Assembly: GCA_050015375.1 (NCBI GenBank)
Contig: JBEKBN010000001.1
Coordinates: forward strand, 34,683-98,682
DNA: 64,000 nt
Direction: 5' to 3'
DNA from: Minisyncoccia bacterium
Lineage (GTDB): Bacteria > Patescibacteriota > Minisyncoccia > 2-02-FULL-40-12 > IGHO2-01-FULL-4-A
The notes beneath the pieces were generated by a model, which was given only the letters and a program-made list of their open reading frames with translations, was not told the origin of the DNA and did no database searches. The position numbers and the translations under genes are program-made. Each line of letters starts with the position of its first letter. Position 1 is the first letter of the stretch. Below are positions 10,292 to 19,662 of this stretch, in pieces.

Positions 10292-11713
10292 TTACTCAAT
10301 GACCGGCCGCGGCGGCCGGAGCATGAGCATGGTTTTGAAGTCGTCAATGGTAAAACCGCCGAAGAGATACAGGATCGGGAAATAGACCAACGACAACAAA
10401 GAGAAAACAATGAAATGGAAATGGCCGAAAGACAACGCCAAGCAAGTGATGGCGGCGGCCAGAATTGATTTGACGGCGATCGAGAAACGGACAGTTGCCT
10501 GGGTCTGTTTTTTTATCAGCCAGAACAGCAAAAAAGTTATCAAAAGTTCGGTCAAAACCGTCGTCCAGGCCGTGGCCATGAAACTGTAGCGGGGGATCAA
10601 GACCAGATTGGCGCCGACATTGAAAACTGCGCCGACCATGTATACCCAGACGCCTTTTTTCTGGAGATTCAGGGCCACCAAGGCGTTGCCCGCTAAATTG
10701 CCGAAAAATATCAGCATGATGGCCACGCTCAAGACCTTCAGAACGCCGACCGACTGGCCGAAATCGCGGCCGCCGATGAGGTTGATGATGTCTGCCGCCC
10801 GAAGGTAAAGATAGCACATGATCGGAATGGCAAAGATCGCCAGAACGTCAAAACTTCGCCGATAGGCCTTCAGGAATTCCTCGCGGTTTCCAAAAGCGTG
10901 CCTCGACAAAACCGGCATCACCAAGCCGATATAGAGCGCCGGCAAGAAGATTATCGCCTCCAGAACTTTGTAAGCCGCCGAATAGACCCCGACATCGTAA
11001 GCCGGTTTCATCAATGACAACAAAACGGTGTCCATCTTGAAATACAAGAGGACAAAAACCAGAGAAATAGCGATGGGCAAAGCGGTGACGAAGATCTTCC
11101 GCCAGTATTTGAGGTCGAATTCCATTTTAACTTTGATGATCCGCCGCGAAAAGAAAAAGATCAAAGCGAAATGGGCAACTTCGGAAAGAACCACCGCCCA
11201 AATGAAATTCAGGAGGGTCGGTTTGGTCAGGACCAAAACAAGAACTATGGCCAACTGGACCGCCCGGGCGATGACATCGGCCAAAGAGACGAAATATATC
11301 CTCAAATATTTTTGGAAAATGCCGATCATCACCTGGCCCAAAGACGACAGGACGGCGTAGATGGAAGCGATGGCGATGCCGAACTTGACCTCGATCGGAT
11401 AATTGAGGGTCAACGCCAAGAAGATCCCGATCAGGCAGAAACCGACGATAAGAACCAGCCGCAAGGTAAAAATATTGTCGGAAATATATTTTTCGTCGGC
11501 GCCGTCGCGGGAAATTTCCCTGACCAAAATGGTATTGAGCCCCATGTCGGCCAGAGAAGAAAATATATACAGATAAGCCAGGATCAAACTGTATTGGCCG
11601 TAGCCCGCCGGGCCGAGATTGCGGGTTAAAAAACCGACAATGATTAAACTTATCCCGCCCAAGAGAAGGCGGGACAAAGCGGCAATACCAAAATTGTAGG
11701 GGATGGTGTTCAA
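10292..11713 (-). CDS. Polysaccharide flippase (Wzx/MOP family)
   Basis: Many TMs; RNLGPAGYGQYS, DTVLLS...VGVYSAAYK. Confidence 0.85.
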   Translation of the reverse strand: MNTIPYNFGIAALSRLLLGGISLIIVGFLTRNLGPAGYGQYSLILAYLYIFSSLADMGLNTILVREISRDGADEKYISDNIFTLRLVLIVGFCLIGIFLALTLNYPIEVKFGIAIASIYAVLSSLGQVMIGIFQKYLRIYFVSLADVIARAVQLAIVLVLVLTKPTLLNFIWAVVLSEVAHFALIFFFSRRIIKVKMEFDLKYWRKIFVTALPIAISLVFVLLYFKMDTVLLSLMKPAYDVGVYSAAYKVLEAIIFLPALYIGLVMPVLSRHAFGNREEFLKAYRRSFDVLAIFAIPIMCYLYLRAADIINLIGGRDFGQSVGVLKVLSVAIMLIFFGNLAGNALVALNLQKKGVWVYMVGAVFNVGANLVLIPRYSFMATAWTTVLTELLITFLLFWLIKKQTQATVRFSIAVKSILAAAITCLALSFGHFHFIVFSLLSLVYFPILYLFGGFTIDDFKTMLMLRPPRPVIE

Positions 11714-11723
11714 ATCCGGAGCC

Positions 11724-12212
11724 CTAGATCACCAGGGGTTTAATGACGATCCGGCGCCTGGGTTCTTCGCCGATGCTTTCAGTCAGGACTTCTTTGTAAG
11801 AGGCGAGTTCAGTGTGGACCAGCCGCCTTTCATAGGAACTCATCGGCGCCAAGGCCTCGGCGCGTTGTGTGTTAATGACCCGGCTGGCCGCGCTTTTGGC
11901 CAGATCCAAAATATATCTTGACCTGGATTTCCGATAATCGTTGATATCCACGGCGAAGTTGGGAATTTTCTGCTCCGGGCCGCCGACCCGTCGAAAAGCG
12001 ATCAGCCGGATGATGTGCTCAAGAGCGTTGAGATTTTGGCCGTTCTTACCGATCAAAATGCTCAAGTCCTTCTCGGATTCAATGGAGACCACCGGCAAAG
12101 CGCCGACTTCGAAACTGTTTTCAACCAATTTGACCTCGGCCTCAAAACCGACTTTTTCTAAAAGTTCCTTGGCGACAGACAAGATCTGATTGTCCAGTTT
12201 TGTTTCTTCCAT
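11724..12212 (-). CDS. jag: Jag/KhpB RNA-binding protein (KH + R3H)
   Basis: LIGKNGQNLNALEH, PMSSYERRLVH; position in the yidC operon. Confidence 0.9.
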   Translation of the reverse strand: MEETKLDNQILSVAKELLEKVGFEAEVKLVENSFEVGALPVVSIESEKDLSILIGKNGQNLNALEHIIRLIAFRRVGGPEQKIPNFAVDINDYRKSRSRYILDLAKSAASRVINTQRAEALAPMSSYERRLVHTELASYKEVLTESIGEEPRRRIVIKPLVI

Positions 12213-12213
12213 G

Positions 12214-12939
12214 TCAGTTGATCGGGTATTTTTTGTTGATATATAGTTGTTCGAATATCGAATAAATGGTGGTCACAACCCAATAAACGACCAAACCGGC
12301 CGGCAGGCTCCAAGCGATTATTATAATCATGATCGGCAAAAAATACAACATCTGTTTGTTCATGACCGAAGCGGTCATGTCCTGGCTGTCTTTATTGGCT
12401 CCGGTCTGGGTCGGATGGATCATGTTTTTGGCCGCCAGGCGCGATTGGATCCACTGCATCGCCCCGGCTAAAACGGCCATGATCGGGTTGTGGGCGGTAA
12501 GATTTATGAAGCCGAGAAAGGTATTATTGATGACTCCCGGATGGCTGATGAAAGAGTACAGACCCGAGACGCCGGCCGGGTTCAAACCCGAGCGGAAAGC
12601 GCTGTAAAGCGCCAAAAGTATCGGGATCTGGATCAAAAGCGGCAAACAACCGGCGAAGGGATTCACCTTGTGGGCCTTGTAAAGATCCATCGTCGCTTTG
12701 GCGGCCGCTTGCTTGTCGTCTTTGAATTTTCTGTTTATCTCTTTTATCTCGGGCTGGAGTTTGGTCAGTTCTCTCTGAGAACGCAAAACTTTTATTGAGA
12801 GAGGGGAGAAAATGAATCGGATGATGATCGTCAGGACGATAATGGCCACGCCAAAATCCCGGCCCGGGATCATTTCATAGAGAAGGATCAGGATATTGAA
12901 TATCGGCCGAAATAAAATTGTGTTGAAAAATGCTATCAT
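12214..12939 (-). CDS. yidC: Membrane protein insertase YidC
   Basis: LQPEIKEI, NPFAGCLPLLIQIP, LPAGLVVYW. Confidence 0.95.
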   Translation of the reverse strand: MIAFFNTILFRPIFNILILLYEMIPGRDFGVAIIVLTIIIRFIFSPLSIKVLRSQRELTKLQPEIKEINRKFKDDKQAAAKATMDLYKAHKVNPFAGCLPLLIQIPILLALYSAFRSGLNPAGVSGLYSFISHPGVINNTFLGFINLTAHNPIMAVLAGAMQWIQSRLAAKNMIHPTQTGANKDSQDMTASVMNKQMLYFLPIMIIIIAWSLPAGLVVYWVVTTIYSIFEQLYINKKYPIN

Positions 12940-13160
12940 ATTAAATCGGTCCCGCCGTCAAACCAAGGATTACATCGCAAGATCCGCCAGCCGCCCAGAA
13001 GCACACCTTTGGCGACGCCGAATTTCTCAATGGCTTGGTAGGTGTACTCCGAACAGGACGGGTAAAACCGGCAGCGCATTGCTCCCATGTTCAAAAATCC
13101 GTGATCGGGCGAAAGCGTTTTTTGGTAAAGCCGGATGATTTTAAGTATAAAACTTTTCAT
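12936..13160 (-). CDS. yidD: Membrane protein insertion efficiency factor YidD
   Basis: CRFYPSCSEY, RILRCNPW. Confidence 0.95.
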   Translation of the reverse strand: MKSFILKIIRLYQKTLSPDHGFLNMGAMRCRFYPSCSEYTYQAIEKFGVAKGVLLGGWRILRCNPWFDGGTDLI

Positions 13161-13167
13161 TGGTTGA

Positions 13168-13246
13168 CCCCATTAGAGAGTGTTGATTAATCTTGTTTGT
13201 CTCCAAATTTCGGGGTTATTTTTCTAATTCACCCTCTCTAACGGGG
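13168..13246. mobile_element. Palindromic CCCGTTAGA-family element (79 bp) with TTGA duplication
   Basis: CCCCATTAGAGAG...CTCTCTAACGGGG; TTGA at 13164-13167 and 13247-13250. Confidence 0.8.
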
Positions 13247-13575
13247 TTGACAGATATTTTTTTGATGTTTTTTTCGATTTGCCCCTTGATTTCATCAAAC
13301 GACTTCTCTAGGATGATTGGGGTCGCCGTGATGACGGCGTCCAGCGGTAAATTTAAAAATAATTTCAGGGCTTCGGATATTCTTCTTTTTATCCGGTTCC
13401 GGTCAACGCTTTTTTTCGAGACCGAAACGGGCACGACGATGCCCCAGCGGGCGAAGTCCCGTCCGTTGGCCAGATACCTGATAAAGAAAAAACTGTTTTG
13501 GACAGTTTTCCCCTCTCTAAAAAGGCGGCGGAAGTCGTCTTTGGCGGTAATCCTGTTTTTTTTGGGTAAAGCCAT
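13216..13575 (-). CDS. rnpA: Ribonuclease P protein component; last residues encoded by the inserted element
   Basis: KKSVDRNRIKRR motif; synteny with rpmH and yidD. Confidence 0.95.
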   Translation of the reverse strand: MALPKKNRITAKDDFRRLFREGKTVQNSFFFIRYLANGRDFARWGIVVPVSVSKKSVDRNRIKRRISEALKLFLNLPLDAVITATPIILEKSFDEIKGQIEKNIKKISVNPVREGELEK

Positions 13576-13584
13576 GCCAAAACA

Positions 13585-13722
13585 TTAAACGGTGATCCTT
13601 TTTCTGCCTTTCGCCCGTCTCCGGGCCAGGACCTTCCTGCCGTTTTTTGTCAGGGCGCGCTTCAGATATCCGTGCTTCGCTTTCCTTTTTTTCTTTCTGG
13701 GCCGATAAAGTGTGATTTTCAT
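13585..13722 (-). CDS. rpmH: 50S ribosomal protein L34
   Basis: [11 protein letters not shown]...[16 protein letters not shown]. Confidence 0.95.
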   Translation of the reverse strand: MKITLYRPRKKKRKAKHGYLKRALTKNGRKVLARRRAKGRKRITV

Positions 13723-13789
13723 GGATTTTCGCGGCTGTCGCCGATAATTTAATTTACATAATCTTAACAAATTATCATGATAAAATCAA

Positions 13790-13918
13790 ATTTGGAAACC
13801 ACCGGGCCGGGTCTTTTCCCTGCGGATATTCGCGGTTTTGCGATATCCACTTTTTGTTCACAGATTATCAACCTTCGCCTTATCCCTTTCGTTGACCGTT
13901 TAACCTATACTTAACACC
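13790..13918. promoter_or_regulatory. rpmH-dnaA divergent promoter region with degenerate DnaA boxes
   Basis: TTGTTCACA at 13854, ATATCCACT at 13843; TATACT 7 nt before the dnaA ATG. Confidence 0.55.
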
Positions 13919-15289
13919 ATGACCAACGACGAGCTTTGGAAGGCCGTACTGAGCGAGATGGAAGTTTCTCTTTCAAGGGCTAATTTTACGACTTGGTTCA
14001 AGGGAACCACGATCGTTTCAAATTCGAACGGCGCCGTTTTGGTCAGCGTCCCCAATGGTTTTGTCAAAGAGTGGCTCGAAAATAAGTTTAATAAGCAAAT
14101 CTTCAAAGTGGTCCAGAATTACCACCCCGAGATCCGCGAGATAAAATATGCCGTCGGCAATAACCGCTCCCATTCTATCTTACCTAAAAAAGATTTTGCC
14201 CAATTCATTCCCGAGAAGATGGTTGACGACAGGTCCGATGCCGACATCGACAAGGTCACCAACCTCAACAAGCGCTACACTTTCGACTCCTACGTCATCG
14301 GCTCGAACAATGAGCTGGCTCACGCGGCCAGTTTGTCGGTGGCCAAAACCCCGGGCAAATTGTACAATCCGCTTTTCATCTACGGCGGGGTGGGGCTTGG
14401 CAAGACCCATCTCCTTCAGGCCACCGGCAATTTCATTTGTTCCAGATTCCCCGACAAAAAGGTTTCCTACATCTCTTCGGAACGGCTGACCTCGGACATT
14501 GTCGAATCCATCAAAAACCGGACTATCGAAGAGATGAAGCAACGCTATGCCAAACTTGATCTTCTTATCATCGACGATATTCAATTCATCGCCGGCAAAG
14601 AAAAGACCCAGGACATATTTTTCTCCACCTTCAACGAGCTTTATGGCAAGAACAAACAGATCGTCCTTTCTTCCGACCGGCCGCCGAGCGCCATTCCGGC
14701 CCTCGAAGCCCGACTGCGGTCGCGGTTCGAAGGCGGCATGCTGGCTGACATCGGCGCCCCAGATTATGAAACCCGCCTGGCAATACTTAAGATCAAAGCC
14801 AAAGAAAAGATCTTCGATATCGACAACGATTCTCTTTCATATATCGCCACCAATATCCAGAAGAATATCCGGGAACTTGAAGGCGCCCTGAACCGGATCA
14901 TCGCTTTCAGCCAGATCTACAATAAAGTTCCCAACCTCAAAGAGGTCAAAAAATTATTAGCGGCATATTTAAGCACGCCCTTCCGGAAAACCACTTATCA
15001 GTCCATCCTGAAATCAGTCGCCGATTTTTATGGCGTTTCTCTCAATGACCTGACCAAGAGGAGCCGGAAAAAAGAAGTGGTCCGGCCCCGCCAGGTGGCT
15101 ATGTTTTTGCTCCGCGAGGAAGCCAAATTGTCTTTTCCCGAGATCGGCTCCAAGCTTGGCGGCCGCGATCATTCCACGGCCATTCACGCCTATGAAAAGA
15201 TAAAAAAAGAAGAGGATGGAAACGAGAACACCAAACAGGAATTGGTTTTGATCAAAGAACGGCTTTATCAATCATTTGAAAGTTCGTAA
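13919..15289 (+). CDS. dnaA: Chromosomal replication initiator DnaA
   Basis: NPLFIYGGVGLGKTHL, IDDIQF, RELEGAL, RDHST. Confidence 0.99.
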   Translation: MTNDELWKAVLSEMEVSLSRANFTTWFKGTTIVSNSNGAVLVSVPNGFVKEWLENKFNKQIFKVVQNYHPEIREIKYAVGNNRSHSILPKKDFAQFIPEKMVDDRSDADIDKVTNLNKRYTFDSYVIGSNNELAHAASLSVAKTPGKLYNPLFIYGGVGLGKTHLLQATGNFICSRFPDKKVSYISSERLTSDIVESIKNRTIEEMKQRYAKLDLLIIDDIQFIAGKEKTQDIFFSTFNELYGKNKQIVLSSDRPPSAIPALEARLRSRFEGGMLADIGAPDYETRLAILKIKAKEKIFDIDNDSLSYIATNIQKNIRELEGALNRIIAFSQIYNKVPNLKEVKKLLAAYLSTPFRKTTYQSILKSVADFYGVSLNDLTKRSRKKEVVRPRQVAMFLLREEAKLSFPEIGSKLGGRDHSTAIHAYEKIKKEEDGNENTKQELVLIKERLYQSFESS

Positions 15290-15522
15290 GGATACCAAAA
15301 ACTGTGGACAAGTATGTTCATGAATATCTCATGAGCGGCCGATAAATACTTGCTTGATTTTTCAAAATGATTCGCGGTATATTTTTTATCAGTCAGTTGT
15401 GAAATATTTACCACGATATTATTAACACAATGTTAGTTCCGAAAAGCCAGAGGATCATTGGACCAAATCGACAAAACAAAACTTATCAACAATCTTAATA
15501 GTAATGATTTCTTTTCTTTAAT
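15290..15522. other. Probable oriC (dnaA-dnaN intergenic region)
   Basis: AT-rich; DnaA-box-like TGTGGACAA at 15303 and TTATCAACA at 15483; canonical position. Confidence 0.7.
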
Positions 15523-16611
15523 ATGAATATAATTATTAACAGACAAAAACTTCAGTCGGCGCTTGGCGTGGTCGAGAAAATAATTTCCAAGAATGTTTCT
15601 TTGCCGATCCTCAATACCATTTTACTTAAAACCGAGAACGGCCGGCTGAAATTGTCGGCTACTAATTTGGAAATGGGCATCAAGTACTGGGTCGGCGCCA
15701 AAATAAACAAAGAAGGCGAAGTCGCCGTGCCCGCCAGAGTATTTTCTGATTTCATCAGCAACGTCAATGACGAAAAACTGAATCTGTCGGTGGAAAAAAA
15801 CGTCATTTCCATAAATTCTGAGCATTACAAAACCCAAATTCTGGGTCTTGATACCAAAGAATATCCGATCCTGCCCAAAGCCAAGAATGCCGTCGAATTC
15901 AAGATTTCCAGCTCGACCCTGAAGAATTCTCTGGCGTCGGTATTCGATTCCTCCTCGCTTTCCGAAACCAGACCGGAGATCGCCGGCGTCCTTTTGAATG
16001 TCGGCAAAAACAAAGCCGAATTCGCCGCCACCGACAGTTTTCGCCTGGCCGAGAAAATAATTGACGTCCGGGACGGCATAGACCGTTCAATGATCATTCC
16101 CCGGACGACGGCCTTGGAATTGATGCGGATCTCGGAAGGCGCCGAACAGGAATTGACTCTGGCGGTGGCCGACAATCAGCTTTTCGTTTCAGGCGAGGAT
16201 TTTGAATTCGTTTCCCGGCTCATTGACGGCCATTACCCGGAATACAAAAAAGTCATTCCCGAACGATTCGTGGCTTTGGCCAAAGTTGATAAGGCCGAAT
16301 TTGAGAGAAATATCCGGATGGCCAGCGTTTTTTCTTCCAATGTTTTTGATATCAAACTCAAAGCCGCCGGCAACCTGCTCCAAATAAAAGCCCAAAACAA
16401 CGATCGCGGGGAGATCCTGACCAACATTCCCTGCCTGGTGAAAGACGGACCGTTCGAGGTTTCGGTCAATTATCATTATCTTTTGGATGGCATCAAATCA
16501 ATTCCGACGGCCAATCTCATCATCCAATTCACCGGCGACGGCAGTCCTTTGGTTCTCAAAGGCGAAGAGAAAAAAGACCAGACGTATATCATAATGCCGT
16601 TGAGGGGCTAA
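15523..16611 (+). CDS. dnaN: DNA polymerase III beta clamp
   Basis: SATNLE, ATDSFRLA, SRLIDGHYP, IMPLR. Confidence 0.98.
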   Translation: MNIIINRQKLQSALGVVEKIISKNVSLPILNTILLKTENGRLKLSATNLEMGIKYWVGAKINKEGEVAVPARVFSDFISNVNDEKLNLSVEKNVISINSEHYKTQILGLDTKEYPILPKAKNAVEFKISSSTLKNSLASVFDSSSLSETRPEIAGVLLNVGKNKAEFAATDSFRLAEKIIDVRDGIDRSMIIPRTTALELMRISEGAEQELTLAVADNQLFVSGEDFEFVSRLIDGHYPEYKKVIPERFVALAKVDKAEFERNIRMASVFSSNVFDIKLKAAGNLLQIKAQNNDRGEILTNIPCLVKDGPFEVSVNYHYLLDGIKSIPTANLIIQFTGDGSPLVLKGEEKKDQTYIIMPLRG

Positions 16612-16618
16612 TCGTGGA

Positions 16619-16684
16619 CCCCGTTAGAGTCCACGCCCGCGCTTGCGCGTCCGTAGGACTTGGGCGGGTCTGACTCTAACGGGG
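16619..16684. mobile_element. Palindromic CCCGTTAGA-family element (66 bp) with TGGA duplication
   Basis: CCCCGTTAGAGTC...GACTCTAACGGGG; TGGA on both sides; near-identical to 19119-19183 inverted. Confidence 0.85.
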
Positions 16685-16965
16685 TGGATAGTTTGAAATC
16701 AAAACTCGATTCTCTCAAACAAAAATTGACCGCCAACGAGGAGGCGGATAAAAAACTGAGAGCCGATATTAACGGCGTCCTGGAGGCGATATTCCGGAAC
16801 CAGCGGCTTGGACCCGGACAGATCAGAGAGTTTCATCTCAAGAACGGGGTCTTGTTTTTGGAGGCAAAAAACAAGGTTGTCGCCAACGAACTTTTTCTCA
16901 AAAAAGAAGAGCTCAAAGCGCTTCTTCAAAAAAACAAAGACATCAAAGACGTGGTGATAAGATGA
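16684..16965 (+). CDS. DUF721/DciA-like protein
   Basis: GTG start; KNGVLFLEAKNKVVANELFLKKEEL resembles DUF721; located after dnaN. Confidence 0.6.
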   Translation: MDSLKSKLDSLKQKLTANEEADKKLRADINGVLEAIFRNQRLGPGQIREFHLKNGVLFLEAKNKVVANELFLKKEELKALLQKNKDIKDVVIR

Positions 16966-16977
16966 GAAGATTTATGG

Positions 16978-19215
16978 CTAGTTGGTTGACGCGGGTGTTG
17001 GCGCCGGTGTCGGTAGAGGCGTCATATTTATCTGGCCCGTGTTCATGGCCCATCTCTCTACGACCGCTTCCCAATTTTTGAATTGTGGATCGTCTGATGG
17101 ATTTGTCGGCGGCGGGCCTTGGGGGTCCGTTTTGTCAACGTAATATAAAATCGAATGGATGCCGTCAGGCCCGAGATACTGGCCGTTGAGCATAATTTTA
17201 TCCGTCTGGACCGGATCGGGCTTGATAAAATTTTCTACCGGCGTGCCATCAAGCGCCCGCGACATGAACTCATGCCACATTGGGCCGGCGGCCGAAACAC
17301 CGGCGCCGGCGGCGGTCATGGAACTGTTGTCATTATTGCCGGTCCAGACGCCCGCCGCCAAAGATGGCGTGTAGCCGATCAGCCAGCCGTCGCGGTTCTC
17401 CTGAGTGGTGCCGGTTTTAGCCGCCACCGGCCGGTCGGGGAAATACAGGGCGCTGTTGTAACCGAATTCCGGCGCCCGGGCCTTGTTGTCGGAAAGCATA
17501 TCTGAGATCGTTCTGGCGATCTGAGGATCCAGCACCCGCTCTTCGTCTTTCCGGTATTCTTCCAAAACTGTGCCGTCATTGGCGACGACTTTCAAGATAA
17601 AATTCTGAGCTTCTTTGATGCCGTCATTGGCGAAAACGCTGTATGCTGAAACCATATCCACCAATTTCACTTCGCCGCCGCCAAGGACCAGTGACAACCC
17701 GTATCGGGAGCGGTCGTTGAGAGTGGTGATGCCCATTTGATGAGCGAGGTTGATGGTGTCGTCAAGACCGGCCAAATACAAAACCTGAACCGACGGCACA
17801 TTGAGAGACATCCCTATAGCTTGGCGGGCGGTGACCGGTCCCCGGAATTTGCCGTCGTAATCTTGGGGATGGTAGCAAGCGACAGTACCAGTCGGGTCGA
17901 AACTCTGATCACCCGACGGATCGCAAGTCGGCGTGAATTCGGTTTTGAGATCGAACAAAACTGTCGAGTCGGTAAAACCCTTTGAGATAAGTTCGGCGTA
18001 AGCGAAGGGTTTGAAAGAAGAACCCGGCTGTCTGGGCGCGGTGGCGACATTGAAATTCCCCTGGTTGGCGATATCAAAATAATCACGGGAGCCGACCATG
18101 GCCAGGATCTGTCCGGTCTTAGGATCGGCCGCCACCAAAGCGGCGTTGGTGGCTTTATATTGTTTGGCGTTGATGTTGCCGTATTTGGTGACGACATCCT
18201 GAGCGATACTTTGAAGGTTGGTGTCGAGAGTGGTGTAAACTTTCAGGCCGCCGTTATCAACCATGTCCTCGCCGTATTTATCAATAAGATATTCTTTGAC
18301 CATGATCACAAAATGGGCCGCCTGAAAATCCTTTGCCGGCGGAATGAAATCCGGTTTGATTTTGATAGCGACATTGTAGTCGTCGGCGGTAATGTAGCCG
18401 AGATCTTTCATCCGTCCCAGAACGTAATTCCGGCGGGCGATGAGTTCGTCGGTGTGGTTGCCGTAGGGCGAGTAATAGGTCGGCGCTTGGGGAATGGCTG
18501 CTAGCGTTGCCGCTTCGGACAAAGTCAGGTCAGAAGCGTTTTTGTTGAAAAATGTCTGGCTGGCGGCCTCGATGCCGTAAGCGTTTGAGCCGTAGGGGAT
18601 CTGGTTGAGATACATCCAGAATATCTGGTCCTTGGTGTATTTTCTCTCGATCTCAATGGAGAGAGCCACTTCTTTTATCTTTCGGGGAATGGTTTTCTCG
18701 TCGGATAAAAGAGCGTTTTTGACAAGCTGTTGGGTGATGGTCGAGCCGCCTTGGGACGCTTTCAAGGTAGTGACGTCCTTGTAAGCCGCCCGCAAAATTC
18801 CCCAAATATCTATCCCCTGGTGGTTGTAAAAGTCGCTGTCCTCGGCGGCTAAAGTCGCTTTCCGGATGACATCGGGCATCTGATCCCAGGGAATGATCGT
18901 TCTTTTTTCTTCGCCGTGGACATCGTAAAGGAGATTGGTGCCGGTCCGGTCGTAGATCTTGGTTGACTCGCTCAATTTGCGGGACATGATGACCGAGGGA
19001 TCGGGCACTTGGCCGGCATAATAGACGAAAAGCCCGGCCAAAACAACAATACCGATAACGATGAGGCAGACGGCGTAGAGCAATAGCTTCCTAAACAATC
19101 TGAAGCGGTTTTTTTTCATCCCGTTAGAGTTAGCCCGCCCAAGTCCTCCGGACGCGCAAGCGCGGGCGTGAACTCTAACGGGATTCATAATCTTTGGATA
19201 AGCATATTTTGCCAT
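16978..19215 (-). CDS. Penicillin-binding protein 1A family (transglycosylase + transpeptidase)
   Basis: AEDSDFY, GGSTITQQL, SSFK, SLN, KTGT. Confidence 0.95.
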   Translation of the reverse strand: MAKYAYPKIMNPVRVHARACASGGLGRANSNGMKKNRFRLFRKLLLYAVCLIVIGIVVLAGLFVYYAGQVPDPSVIMSRKLSESTKIYDRTGTNLLYDVHGEEKRTIIPWDQMPDVIRKATLAAEDSDFYNHQGIDIWGILRAAYKDVTTLKASQGGSTITQQLVKNALLSDEKTIPRKIKEVALSIEIERKYTKDQIFWMYLNQIPYGSNAYGIEAASQTFFNKNASDLTLSEAATLAAIPQAPTYYSPYGNHTDELIARRNYVLGRMKDLGYITADDYNVAIKIKPDFIPPAKDFQAAHFVIMVKEYLIDKYGEDMVDNGGLKVYTTLDTNLQSIAQDVVTKYGNINAKQYKATNAALVAADPKTGQILAMVGSRDYFDIANQGNFNVATAPRQPGSSFKPFAYAELISKGFTDSTVLFDLKTEFTPTCDPSGDQSFDPTGTVACYHPQDYDGKFRGPVTARQAIGMSLNVPSVQVLYLAGLDDTINLAHQMGITTLNDRSRYGLSLVLGGGEVKLVDMVSAYSVFANDGIKEAQNFILKVVANDGTVLEEYRKDEERVLDPQIARTISDMLSDNKARAPEFGYNSALYFPDRPVAAKTGTTQENRDGWLIGYTPSLAAGVWTGNNDNSSMTAAGAGVSAAGPMWHEFMSRALDGTPVENFIKPDPVQTDKIMLNGQYLGPDGIHSILYYVDKTDPQGPPPTNPSDDPQFKNWEAVVERWAMNTGQINMTPLPTPAPTPASTN
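19119..19183. mobile_element. Palindromic CCCGTTAGA-family element (65 bp) inserted in frame in the PBP 5' end
   Basis: TCCCGTTAGAGTT...AACTCTAACGGGA; TTCA duplicated. Confidence 0.85.
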
Positions 19216-19235
19216 AAAAAATCGATTTTTACAAA

Positions 19236-19300
19236 CCCCTCACTTGGAAAATACTTGCGACAAGGTCGCGAAGTCCAAATAGTATTTTCCAAGTGAGGGG
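19236..19300. repeat. Palindromic CCCCTCAC-family element (20-bp perfect IR)
   Basis: CCCCTCACTTGGAAAATACT / AGTATTTTCCAAGTGAGGGG. Confidence 0.7.
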
Positions 19301-19310
19301 TAAACAAAAA

Positions 19311-19353
19311 CCCCGCCCATGAGAGGGCGTGAAGCGCTATCTCATGGGCGGGG
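19311..19353. repeat. Palindromic CCCCGCC element or terminator (14-bp IR)
   Basis: CCCCGCCCATGAGA / TCTCATGGGCGGGG. Confidence 0.55.
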
Positions 19354-19361
19354 TCAATGTC

Positions 19362-19589
19362 TTATATTCCCGGCTCTTCATCGTCCTCGTCATCTGGCAA
19401 GTCGTCGTCTTCTTTGTCCTCGTCTTCATCCTCGTCCTCTTCATCTAGATCTTCCTCGTCTTCCGGGTTTTCGTCAGCGTCTTCGGCTTCCTCGTCTTCC
19501 AATTTTTTTCTCTTTTTTGCTTCGTCGTCTTCCTCTTCTTCGGTCGCATCCTCGTCGCGGACCAAGAGTTTGTATTCTTCTTTTAACAT
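19362..19589 (-). CDS. Small, extremely acidic protein
   Basis: 75 aa from MLKEEY; D/E-dominated. Confidence 0.6.
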   Translation of the reverse strand: MLKEEYKLLVRDEDATEEEEDDEAKKRKKLEDEEAEDADENPEDEEDLDEEDEDEDEDKEDDDLPDDEDDEEPGI

Positions 19590-19662
19590 ACCCGACAATA
19601 TTCCTTTTGCCCTTTCCCTGCCGCCCGCGCGACCGGTCAAAAACAAAAGAAAGCGGTTAAGA

